From NCBI GenBank assembly GCA_001780985.1, contig MFJV01000001.1, positions 300,049-364,048 on the forward strand: DNA of 64,000 nucleotides. The letters are read 5' to 3'. The notes below the pieces were generated by a model that saw nothing but the letters and a program-made list of their open reading frames with translations, was not told the DNA's origin and made no database searches. This stretch comes from Candidatus Gottesmanbacteria bacterium RIFCSPLOWO2_01_FULL_43_11b (GTDB lineage Bacteria > Patescibacteriota > Microgenomatia > UBA10105 > UBA927). Position numbers and translations under genes: made by a program. Within the stretch, counting starts at the first letter, position 1. Each line of letters starts with the position of its first letter. Below are positions 42,193 to 51,134 of the stretch, piece after piece.

Positions 42193-43334
42193 GATGCAGC
42201 GATAACGAGCAATGGATAGAATGGTATAGTCAGTCGATACTCTGCGTGCGTTATACTAAACACTAAGGTTCCGTAAATAACTGTTCCTATAATAGTCCAC
42301 CAGAGCCAATTTCTTCGTGCCCTCCAAAGCCCAAATGCTGCCAGCACTAAAATCGCTAAGTTTAGGGCATATGTATATGCTTTGTGTTGATTAAATCCAG
42401 GTTCTTCGTAGAAAAATACGTTTTCCTTCTGCCACATGTACCACATTTTATCAAGCCGTACTTTAATGTAATCAATCGGATCGTTTTTGATAATTGAAAA
42501 CGCCGAATTCATATATTTTTTTGCGATAGCTTTCCTTTCGTCACTCGTTCTACCTGGATTACGCTCTGAATAAAACTCCATGTACATCTCCCGTAGTCCG
42601 GCAATGTTGAGGTCGTGGGCAAACGGCGGAAGAGTTTTTAGAATAGCTCCGTTCCACAGTTCCCTGGCAAATATGCTATCGACTGTCGTTATGGAAATTT
42701 CTTTATAATCGCGCCAATTTACATATAGCGGATAGATAATGGTGACGATAACTCCCAATAAAATTGCAAAAAAATACTTTTTCGATCGAATAAATAAATA
42801 TGCCAAACCGATCGGAATTGCTGCCCATAAAAACGCAGCATTTCTGGTTTCTGCGGCAAGTCCTGCGGCCAATCCAAAGAGAAATCCAGTGGCAAATTTC
42901 GGTTTTTTAACAAAAAATGCTCCAAACAGAATCGTCGCAGTAATAAAAAATATTGAAAGCACCTCGGAAAGGATCACGCCCACGTAGCCGGAGGTGAAAG
43001 GATTTATTTGGTAGAGAATAAAGGCGATCCAACTGCCGGTCATTAAAAATACCATAACTCCACTAAACGCATCGAGAATTGCCTGCAGGAAAAAGATAGC
43101 TTCGTGATTGCCGAAACCCACGAATTTATACACTGTGGCAAGGAACAGTGGGTATGGATAGGAACGAAAGCTGAAAGATTCTAACATCTGCGGATGAAGG
43201 AAAATTTTAGCTGCGTACCATTCATATTCCGTCTGATCACCCATAAAAGGTTGCGGCGCAAGGCTTATAAACCATAAGCGAAATAGCACACCGGCAACAA
43301 ATATGAGAAAAATAAGCAACACATTATGCTTCAT
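42180..43334 (-). CDS. ArnT/PMT-like membrane glycosyltransferase (tandem paralog A)
   Basis: DQ.EY, R.YPYPLFL, NPFTSGYVG, AETRNAA, HAEYR. Confidence 0.78.
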   Translation of the reverse strand: MKHNVLLIFLIFVAGVLFRLWFISLAPQPFMGDQTEYEWYAAKIFLHPQMLESFSFRSYPYPLFLATVYKFVGFGNHEAIFFLQAILDAFSGVMVFLMTGSWIAFILYQINPFTSGYVGVILSEVLSIFFITATILFGAFFVKKPKFATGFLFGLAAGLAAETRNAAFLWAAIPIGLAYLFIRSKKYFFAILLGVIVTIIYPLYVNWRDYKEISITTVDSIFARELWNGAILKTLPPFAHDLNIAGLREMYMEFYSERNPGRTSDERKAIAKKYMNSAFSIIKNDPIDYIKVRLDKMWYMWQKENVFFYEEPGFNQHKAYTYALNLAILVLAAFGLWRARRNWLWWTIIGTVIYGTLVFSITHAEYRLTIPFYPLLVIAASWAF

Positions 43335-44550
43335 ATCGAGTAATTCGCCCAATGCCGATTGCCGCAAAAGCGATAATTATTGGGTAAAACGGTATAGTAA
43401 TGCGATATTCAGCGTGACTAATGCTAAAAACAAGCGTCGCATAGACAAGCGATCCGACCATTATCGTATAAATCCAAGTGGCTATGGCACTCCGTTTCCT
43501 CTTCCAAGAAGCAGCTATACCCAAAATAGCCAATACTAAAAGAGAGAGATTGCCTACATATGTCCATCGCCAATGTGAAGAAAATCCCGGCTCTACATAA
43601 AAAAATATGTTCTCCTTCTGCCACATATACCACATCTTATCGAACCTCACTTTTAGATAATCAATAGGGTCACGGAGAATTATATCCCATGTTTTTTTAA
43701 CATATTTTGCTGCCATCTGACGGCGCTCTTGAGTGGTACGTCCCGGGTGTTGCCCCGAGTAATACTCCCAAAACATATACTCTACCTCGTATGGGTAACG
43801 GTAGGTAAACGGAGGTAATCGTTTAAGTACTGCTCCGTTAAAGAACTCTTTTGCAAAAAAACTATCAACGGTCATAATGTTTATTTCTCGGTATTCGCGC
43901 CAATTAGTAATAAGTGGGTATATAAATGACATAAGTAGTCCTATGGTAATTGCTGCAACAAAACGTTTGATGTTGGCAGTACGTAACCAAAAGAGCGCAA
44001 AACCGATGGGAATTACCGCCCAAATGAGAGCCGCGTTTCTTGTTTCTGCCGCAAGACCGGCAATTAATCCAAATACAACGGCCCAAATAATACTTCGAGT
44101 TTTCAAAAGAATCATCCCCGTGCCAATCGTTACTATGATAAAAAAAGCTGACAAAATCTCGGCGAGTAATACCCCAACATATCCTGATGTAAACGGATTT
44201 AATGTATAAAGAAGCTGCCCAATAAATGCCTCTTTTGGTTTTTTCAGTCCATAGTAAACAATGGCATAAATGATAAGGCCGATTGATGCGTCTAGAACTG
44301 CTTGAACGGTAAAAACAGCAAAGTTATTCCAATACCCAAATAGTTTATACATGCCTGCTAAAAAAAGTGGGTATGGGTACGTTCTATAGCTATGTGGTGC
44401 AAGAAACCACTCCGCGCTATAGATTTTAGTTGCATACATTCCATATTCCATTTGGTCATTTATGATTGGCTGTGGAGCAAGGGATATTAACCAGAGGCGA
44501 AACAGGACTCCGGCCAAAAATATGAGCAGGACGAGCATGTTTTTTTTCAT
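43324..44550 (-). CDS. ArnT/PMT-like membrane glycosyltransferase (tandem paralog B)
   Basis: Same motifs as paralog A including DKMWYMWQKEN. Confidence 0.78.
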   Translation of the reverse strand: MKKNMLVLLIFLAGVLFRLWLISLAPQPIINDQMEYGMYATKIYSAEWFLAPHSYRTYPYPLFLAGMYKLFGYWNNFAVFTVQAVLDASIGLIIYAIVYYGLKKPKEAFIGQLLYTLNPFTSGYVGVLLAEILSAFFIIVTIGTGMILLKTRSIIWAVVFGLIAGLAAETRNAALIWAVIPIGFALFWLRTANIKRFVAAITIGLLMSFIYPLITNWREYREINIMTVDSFFAKEFFNGAVLKRLPPFTYRYPYEVEYMFWEYYSGQHPGRTTQERRQMAAKYVKKTWDIILRDPIDYLKVRFDKMWYMWQKENIFFYVEPGFSSHWRWTYVGNLSLLVLAILGIAASWKRKRSAIATWIYTIMVGSLVYATLVFSISHAEYRITIPFYPIIIAFAAIGIGRITRYEA

Positions 44551-46115
44551 TGCCGTCGCAATACCGTAACGTAGGTATTTCGATATACTGGCGTTAAGAA
44601 CGGATAGACTTTTTCAAGCTCTTTCACTCCCCCGTCTTCCCGCTCTTGCGGACCGAAAAAGATCACCTTGAGATTATTTTCTTGCATCCAATTTTTTGCC
44701 TGCTCAACTTTCATTTTCCCGCTGAAAAATTGCTTGACTGTTTCCTTTTTCTCTTCGAAATTAACCGTGTTATCGTGACCGATGTAGACTGTGTTGCCGC
44801 TATAAACCGGCATGTAATTCCCTGCCGTGGTTTCCGAAAGAATAATGTCGTTTCTTTTTGTATTATCCTGAATAAATTTCATTGCTGAAAGAAAGTCTTT
44901 GAGTGGGTACATTACGTATGCACCTGTTGGCACCAGGGGCAGTGTGGCGCGAATTTTATGATCTACAAAATCCCGTTGCCAAAGCCAACTCGAGTACATA
45001 TGAAAAAGACCGATTCCGATTAAGAATATAGGAACTATTTTTACATATTTTAGACGAGTAAAAAGGTAGGCAGCCAAAATTGCAAGAGGTACATGCGGAA
45101 TCATCTCACTAAAACGAAGAGGGCTTTGAGACGGGATAAAACGGAATATCGCAAGGAGCGATATCCATGCAAAAACCCAAGAAATTGCGAGGTTCATTGA
45201 TTTTTCTTTTTTAACCAGTGCCATGATCAGCCCCAAAAGCCCGAGGGGGAGAATTGGGCCGACCGCTTTGATATATTCTGTGTAATCAAATGGTAGAGGG
45301 CGGATAATATCAACCTGCGCGAGTCTATTCCACGGCATAAACGTTGTCATAAGCTGCAGGTAGATAAGTGATGGAATACTTAAGAGAAAAAAGTTTATTA
45401 ATGGTTTTACGTATTTGCGATCAAAAACCGCCATGATACCAAGAGTTGCGTAGACAAAAATGAGGCCCGGCGGGAATATCATCCCTAAGAGAAATCCCAT
45501 GACAGCCGGAAAAACCCAGTTTCTGCCAAAGAACATGGGGAGAGTTAAAATGAGAGCTTGACCTGCAAGAAGGTGCGGAATAAAGGTAATCCGCTGCAAA
45601 CTATCCATGACACTCCACCATGCCATGTACCCTCCGAATCGCCAGCCTCCAGCCTCAAAGACTACCTTCGGCCACGTACTTGCAGTAACTGCGAGCAAAA
45701 ATGCAATCACTTGCCAAGGGAACGATTTAAACGATCTCCGTGCAAATTGAGCAATGAGAAATAACACGGTGGCGCCCAGTACGACTCGTGCCATGTGGTA
45801 AACATCTCCTCCCCGCTCCCACGGCACTCTCACCCACCGGCCTACACGGCCCAGAATAAGATAAAATGCATGAATAAACGATCCCTTATGGGGTTCACTT
45901 GTGTACTGTTCAATGATAGTTATTCTCCCTTCTATCCCCTGCCTTATACGTGAGAGGTAGAAATTATAGTCTGTGGGGAAATTATGAACCAGTTCAAACG
46001 AGCGGTCGGGGCGGAGATTGCTGCGTCGGGATATTTCGTATCCCGTGGGAAGAAGTGAAAAAATGAGAAATGAGAAACCAAGCAGATAAAAAATCCATGT
46101 GTGTTTCCCAGTCAT
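44547..46115 (-). CDS. Polytopic GT-C-like membrane protein (D..Y.S.I.QG family)
   Basis: DYNFYLSRIRQG, RITFIPH, PVYSGNTVYIGH. Confidence 0.65.
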   Translation of the reverse strand: MTGKHTWIFYLLGFSFLIFSLLPTGYEISRRSNLRPDRSFELVHNFPTDYNFYLSRIRQGIEGRITIIEQYTSEPHKGSFIHAFYLILGRVGRWVRVPWERGGDVYHMARVVLGATVLFLIAQFARRSFKSFPWQVIAFLLAVTASTWPKVVFEAGGWRFGGYMAWWSVMDSLQRITFIPHLLAGQALILTLPMFFGRNWVFPAVMGFLLGMIFPPGLIFVYATLGIMAVFDRKYVKPLINFFLLSIPSLIYLQLMTTFMPWNRLAQVDIIRPLPFDYTEYIKAVGPILPLGLLGLIMALVKKEKSMNLAISWVFAWISLLAIFRFIPSQSPLRFSEMIPHVPLAILAAYLFTRLKYVKIVPIFLIGIGLFHMYSSWLWQRDFVDHKIRATLPLVPTGAYVMYPLKDFLSAMKFIQDNTKRNDIILSETTAGNYMPVYSGNTVYIGHDNTVNFEEKKETVKQFFSGKMKVEQAKNWMQENNLKVIFFGPQEREDGGVKELEKVYPFLTPVYRNTYVTVLRRQ

Positions 46116-46122
46116 AAGAAAC

Positions 46123-46130
46123 AGTATACT
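46123..46130. promoter_or_regulatory. Palindromic bidirectional -10 box AGTATACT
   Basis: TATACT on both strands in a 25-nt gap; 7 nt to ATG 46115 (-), 10 nt to ATG 46141 (+). Confidence 0.7.
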
Positions 46131-46140
46131 CTAAAAGTAT

Positions 46141-47244
46141 ATGATTCCAATCCTTGTTGCCATTGCGCTCATTCCCCGACTCCTCTACGCGTGGTACCAC
46201 CCAGGCATCATATTTACTCCGGATAGTGCTATCTATTACGATTTTGGACGGCAACTTTTGTCGAATTTCACCGTTAAATTTATTTTTAACCCGTTCAAAG
46301 CGCCGCTTTACGGAATTGCCAATTTCTTTTCGACACCCGATATCCTTGTAATTCTCCAAATGGGAATAGGCATACTCACAACGATCCTCGTGTACCGGCT
46401 ATCAAAAAATTTTCTTGTCGCCACACTTGCATCATGGAATATGCTGGTGATTCCGTGGGAACGGGCTATTCTCTCTGAGGCTTTCGCAACCGTCTGGGTA
46501 CTCATCTTTTCGTATCTGTTTATCAAGAAAACCAATTGGGGACTCTTTTTCGTCGTGTGTGTTACGGGCCTGTTCCTCCGTACTGCGCTCATGTTCTTAC
46601 CAATTGTTGCATTGATTCTACTTCGCAAGAACAAAATGGCAATTATTTCTCTGTTATGTTACCTTGCTATCATTGTAGGGCTCATAGCACTCAATGCCGT
46701 CAATTGGGGCTACCGGGGACTACAAATAACCAGCGACATTAACTTATTTGGAAAAATTCTACAGTACAATCTGCCCATAGAATCGGCAAAATCTCATACA
46801 TACTTCTATACGATAGTTTCTGACTACCGCACAAAAAATCTTGAACTCCATCCCTATAAACTCCTCGACTACTACGATCCGGATATCTATGTTAATGGTC
46901 AAAAGCTTCAAGAGCTTCGCGCATTTACCATACAAGTTTTAGTTAACTCCCTCCCCCGGTATATCGCCGGCTCACTTTTTGACATTCCGAAAGCGCTCAT
47001 GGAGATTGATCCGTACATTGAAAGTCAACCGCTGGGTTTTTTGCAGAAAATATATGCCATACTTCAAACTATCGCATTTTTTGTCATGCTGGGGGGTCGA
47101 AAATCAGTGACGTGGCTTTTTGCACTCACCCAAGTTCTTGTTGCGGTATTCCTCTCTTATGGGGAATACGGGAGGCTCATTTCCGTTGTTTCACCGCTTA
47201 TATTCGTAAATGGTTACCTGGCTATTTTCAAAAACAGGTCGTAG
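46141..47244 (+). CDS. Polytopic GT-C-like membrane protein
   Basis: PDS..Y, P.Y, ILSE, EYGRL; many TMs. Confidence 0.65.
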   Translation: MIPILVAIALIPRLLYAWYHPGIIFTPDSAIYYDFGRQLLSNFTVKFIFNPFKAPLYGIANFFSTPDILVILQMGIGILTTILVYRLSKNFLVATLASWNMLVIPWERAILSEAFATVWVLIFSYLFIKKTNWGLFFVVCVTGLFLRTALMFLPIVALILLRKNKMAIISLLCYLAIIVGLIALNAVNWGYRGLQITSDINLFGKILQYNLPIESAKSHTYFYTIVSDYRTKNLELHPYKLLDYYDPDIYVNGQKLQELRAFTIQVLVNSLPRYIAGSLFDIPKALMEIDPYIESQPLGFLQKIYAILQTIAFFVMLGGRKSVTWLFALTQVLVAVFLSYGEYGRLISVVSPLIFVNGYLAIFKNRS

Positions 47245-48630
47245 GAACGGGTATTTTGGACCGTTGTAGACAAAACTGACATTATTGTTTTGAAGATATT
47301 GTTTTGCTTCTTCTTCACTTAATATCCCTGCGAAGAATTTATCGCGGTCAGCAAGCATCTTTTTGCCTTCTTCTTTCGACCACCCCTGATCATTTCCAAG
47401 AGTATAGTTGTGACTATAGAGAAGGAGATTATTTGCAATTTCATAGCTCCCAATAATCAAACTTTCCGTCGGTGTATTTTTGTCAAGGTATTCGAATGAT
47501 TCCATTTGTGCTTTCGTCGGGAAAACAAACGTTGAGTAATTCTTATAGTCAGTGAGAAAATACAGACTTTTATTTAAATCCGAAATATAGACGGGTAACG
47601 AAACGAGAATGGTGGCAAAAACGCCAACCGGAAGCATCCAATGGGATATTTTTTGACTGATATATTTCCAAAAAAGCACTGTGCCATAGGCCATTGGGAT
47701 AAAATACAACCCCTGGAGAAATCGCACCCTATCAGCATGGAAAAATCTGTATCCGAAAAGAAACAGGCCGAGTTGAATGAGAAGCCAATAAAAAATCTTC
47801 CGATGCGTTGGTTTTCGATCAAGAATAAACCCGACCATTCCGAGCCATAACGTAGGTCCGAACGATACAATGTCCCGTAATATCCCCAAAAGGGTGATTG
47901 ATCCTGAGTAAATATATGAATCGAGCCAAATTTCCGGAACAAGCGTATACTTCCTAATAAAAATGTACGTCACGCCGAGTGCGACAGATGAACCTAAAGC
48001 AACCGGAACGGATCGGAGAAAAAGACTTAACACAAAAAGGAGTATGCCGGTTGACACATGTACCATTGCGGTAAGTATTGAGAAAATGAAAAGTAAAGCG
48101 GGTTTTCGTAGGAGGAGGATTGCGAGAAACAAAACCGCGCCAAACACATAGTGCGGCCGGTCAGTGATACGTTCCGGATGAATAATCGAAAAATTAAAAA
48201 ATGAGAGATTCGGGAGAGGTGCTGAGATAAAGGCAAGGAGTGTCGCAAGAAACGTGAGTTGCGGTGAGAATACTCTCGAAAAAAGTTTATAGGTAAAAAG
48301 TACGTATAAAGAGCCAAGGATAACCCTGGTGAGGTGAAACATGAATGGGGCGTTTGCACCTATCCAATCGCCCACTATCCCGGTTGCAATATAGATAAAA
48401 TGAATAGGTGTTATCGGCTGGAAAAACGGAAATGAGCGGAAAATCATTTGGTAACGGCCGTACATACCTTCTTTAATGTAGGAAACGTATTGTATGTAAT
48501 CACTCGAGTACCCGTTCATGCCGGTAAAAAATCGGTCATTCGGCTTTGAAAAATACGGAATAATCGTCGAGAGCATCCCAAGACCGACAAGGATAACAAT
48601 GCAAAGAATAAGAGGTATGTGTTTCTTCAT
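47191..48630 (-). CDS. Polytopic GT-C-like membrane protein (D..Y.S.I..G family)
   Basis: DYIQYVSYIKEG, RPH, YLDKNT C-terminal domain. Confidence 0.65.
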   Translation of the reverse strand: MKKHIPLILCIVILVGLGMLSTIIPYFSKPNDRFFTGMNGYSSDYIQYVSYIKEGMYGRYQMIFRSFPFFQPITPIHFIYIATGIVGDWIGANAPFMFHLTRVILGSLYVLFTYKLFSRVFSPQLTFLATLLAFISAPLPNLSFFNFSIIHPERITDRPHYVFGAVLFLAILLLRKPALLFIFSILTAMVHVSTGILLFVLSLFLRSVPVALGSSVALGVTYIFIRKYTLVPEIWLDSYIYSGSITLLGILRDIVSFGPTLWLGMVGFILDRKPTHRKIFYWLLIQLGLFLFGYRFFHADRVRFLQGLYFIPMAYGTVLFWKYISQKISHWMLPVGVFATILVSLPVYISDLNKSLYFLTDYKNYSTFVFPTKAQMESFEYLDKNTPTESLIIGSYEIANNLLLYSHNYTLGNDQGWSKEEGKKMLADRDKFFAGILSEEEAKQYLQNNNVSFVYNGPKYPFLRPVFENSQVTIYEYKR

Positions 48631-50111
48631 GGAATTTTTGTTACCTGGTAATAGGTAACCTGCGCATTGGTAAATACCGGCGTAAACTTGAATCCTGCAA
48701 ATGTTTCAGGCATTTTAAGCGTCCAATCGGTCCAAATGAGAGATACGTGGTGATCGCTAATTACCCGAGCAACTTCTTTTTCATCACCAAATGCATAAAG
48801 CGCGTTCATGTCTATTTGTTTTTTGTCGCGTTGATACGTGAGTGTCGGGTGCCCGAGCATCACTCGTTTATTTGAAAGTGCTGGAATAATTGAAGAAATC
48901 CACTCCGGCGCAACCACAAGATCATCAGGATTTCCATACGAATTTAACCAATCTATTGAAGTAACGAGGTCTTTAGTAGGATAGGTAGCAAGCTTCTGGC
49001 TGCTTTCAGAAACCATACTTTCATTAAATTTTATATTAGCGTAGAACGAAGGGATTGAAGTTGCGGCCAAAAGAATGAGCCAAAAAAATATTGATTTTTT
49101 CCGGGATAGCCAGACGACAGCCAAAAATGCAGTCGGAATATAGTAGGCGGCTTGTATATACCGGCTATTACTCATGGGAATGAAATACTGCAAAAATCCT
49201 ATGCCAACAATTGGCCAAAAAAACCAGCCTACAATAAGATCCCACATGATTGATCGTTTCTTTAAAACCCAAGGAACACTAATGAGGGCAATGACACCGC
49301 CTATATTCATGATTTTAAAATATGTAAAAAGATCCAGTGGATAGCGCCACAACGGTTCAATCCGTTTATACTCAGTCCAGGGGAAAAAATTATTTTGATA
49401 CCAGGAAAAAATGAGAAGCGGAATCCCTGCTGCTACAAAAATAAGAAGCGGAAATTTGCGCCGAAGCGTACTGTAAAAAGTGAGCGTAAAAAGAAGCGCG
49501 AGACCGCTTGCAGGATTGGTCCAGCTGGTGAGAAACGCAAAAAAAACTGATGGCCAAAGAGGAAACAAAAGTATTGCTCCGATGAAAAATGTGTTCGCTG
49601 CCAGGTGATGGGGAAGGAAGGTAATTCTTCCCAATGGTTCAAGACCCCGCCAGAAATTGCCGGCGGTCCAAATATTGCCGTCTTGAATGAACCAGAGCGG
49701 CACTCCAATTATCATGAGAGTAAAGGCGAAAAGCTGCAGTGAGGATTTTTGAAAAAGTTTAGTCGCAAGCATAAAACCAAAAATAAGAAGCAGAAAACCA
49801 AAAACTATACGGGCTCCTAAATATACTGTTGGAGTCCAAACACCGGGCGTAAAAAATCCTAAAACTGGGTAAAACGTTTGAACGAAAAGCCGGGGAAATT
49901 GTTCACTCGTAAAGCGCGTCGTGACAAAAAAATTTCCCTCTCTCCCTTGTTCAATGAGGGAAAGATAGTAATAGTAATCAGGTGTGTAACCATGAATGAA
50001 TGGATAAATAGCATGGAGTGGAGTACGCAGAGATAAGAGCCATGTTTCGTGAAGTGAAAGGGTGACTATAAGAAGCGATACGCATACCACTAAAAACCAT
50101 ACATGCTTCAT
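48627..50111 (-). CDS. Polytopic GT-C-like membrane protein (D..Y.S.I.QG family)
   Basis: DYYYYLSLIEQG, RITFLPHH, IPALSNKRVMLGH. Confidence 0.65.
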   Translation of the reverse strand: MKHVWFLVVCVSLLIVTLSLHETWLLSLRTPLHAIYPFIHGYTPDYYYYLSLIEQGREGNFFVTTRFTSEQFPRLFVQTFYPVLGFFTPGVWTPTVYLGARIVFGFLLLIFGFMLATKLFQKSSLQLFAFTLMIIGVPLWFIQDGNIWTAGNFWRGLEPLGRITFLPHHLAANTFFIGAILLFPLWPSVFFAFLTSWTNPASGLALLFTLTFYSTLRRKFPLLIFVAAGIPLLIFSWYQNNFFPWTEYKRIEPLWRYPLDLFTYFKIMNIGGVIALISVPWVLKKRSIMWDLIVGWFFWPIVGIGFLQYFIPMSNSRYIQAAYYIPTAFLAVVWLSRKKSIFFWLILLAATSIPSFYANIKFNESMVSESSQKLATYPTKDLVTSIDWLNSYGNPDDLVVAPEWISSIIPALSNKRVMLGHPTLTYQRDKKQIDMNALYAFGDEKEVARVISDHHVSLIWTDWTLKMPETFAGFKFTPVFTNAQVTYYQVTKIP

Positions 50112-50136
50112 TTCTCTTATGCTACACTAGACTCTG

Positions 50137-50283
50137 GTGAAACAACAAATACTCCTCTCAATCGGCATATTCGTTCTTCTGGTTCTTACGACATTTGTGA
50201 TTGTCGAATGGTCCCGCCCGCGTGTTGGCAATATCATTCTTCCCGCCGGCGGCACCTACCTCGGCCCCTCTCCAAAACCATAA
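50137..50283 (+). CDS. Small single-TM protein, 48 aa (below the ORF-track cutoff)
   Basis: GTG start; MKQQILLSIGIFVLLVLTTFVIVEWSRPRVGNIILPAGGTYLGPSPKP*; extended -10 TGCTACACT at 50120-50128. Confidence 0.6.
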   Translation: MKQQILLSIGIFVLLVLTTFVIVEWSRPRVGNIILPAGGTYLGPSPKP

Positions 50284-50299
50284 ATTTCTCCTTGAAATG

Positions 50300-50308
50300 T
50301 GGTATACT
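50300..50308 (+). promoter_or_regulatory. Extended -10 TGGTATACT for hicBA
   Basis: 9 nt before ATG 50318, no SD. Confidence 0.6.
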
Positions 50309-50317
50309 TATATTCGT

Positions 50318-50566
50318 ATGAGCCGAACATATCGAACAATTATTACTAAGGATGATGCTGGTTATCATGGGTGGGTGCCCGCACTGCCGGGTTGTCACAC
50401 GTATGGTAAAACAATCGAAGATACACAAAAAAATCTGAAGGAAGCAATTGAAGGTTGGCTTTTAACACGCGAGGCTCGCCATTGGCCAATACCAGAGGAT
50501 ACTCTGATAGAAACTTTACAAACAGTAACTCTTCCGCCTGGATCCTCTCTTTCGACGTATGCCTAA
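50318..50566 (+). CDS. hicB: HicB-family antitoxin (short form)
   Basis: VPALPGCHTYGKTIED...NLKEAI. Confidence 0.9.
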   Translation: MSRTYRTIITKDDAGYHGWVPALPGCHTYGKTIEDTQKNLKEAIEGWLLTREARHWPIPEDTLIETLQTVTLPPGSSLSTYA

Positions 50567-50786
50567 ATTGCCCGTCGTTACTGCTCAAAAACTCATCAAA
50601 GTTCTCAAAAAGAAAGGGTTTGTGCTCGACCGCATCCATGGAAGCCACCATATATTCGTCCGAACGCGTGATCGAGTCACTGTGTCCGTACCTGTACATC
50701 GAAGTAAAGACTTAGGTCGAGGCATCACCCGATCAATTCTCGACGACGCGCATATTACCCTAGAAGAACTCCTCAAATTTCTTTAA
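50559..50786 (+). CDS. hicA: HicA-family mRNase toxin
   Basis: L.K.GF...R..GSH...VPVH..KDL..G...SIL. Confidence 0.92.
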   Translation: MPKLPVVTAQKLIKVLKKKGFVLDRIHGSHHIFVRTRDRVTVSVPVHRSKDLGRGITRSILDDAHITLEELLKFL

Positions 50787-50824
50787 ATAGAGTCCCTAGA
50801 CGCCCTTTTCCTCTCCGGCCCGAT

Positions 50825-50852
50825 TTGACAAGAAAAAAAGAAGTTGTATACT
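50825..50852 (+). promoter_or_regulatory. sigma70 promoter
   Basis: TTGACA 50825-50830, 16-nt spacer, TATACT 50847-50852, 10 nt before ATG 50863. Confidence 0.65.
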
Positions 50853-50862
50853 CTTTGCATAA

Positions 50863-51084
50863 ATGAGAACACCTTCAATTGAAGCTCCTCGAATATCTGT
50901 TGGCACCTGTAGTACTTGTTCTGTACCCAAAGACGGGGACTGTGCCTTAGCAAAATTACAGATTAAATTACAAAGAGTTCCTACTACCACTGATACAAAG
51001 GCTGCTCGAATTGACGTATCAGGCATTCCTGCGTTGTTCTGTCCAAATGGGTATACAAATTCATCGAACGACCGCATTTTTTAA
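50863..51084 (+). CDS. Small hypothetical protein with four Cys (CxxC..C..CP)
   Basis: 73-aa ORF directly behind a consensus promoter. Confidence 0.55.
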   Translation: MRTPSIEAPRISVGTCSTCSVPKDGDCALAKLQIKLQRVPTTTDTKAARIDVSGIPALFCPNGYTNSSNDRIF

Positions 51085-51134
51085 TATTCACAACCTCAAT
51101 TTCCCCGTAGAGAAATTTCTTGTATGATGAGTTC

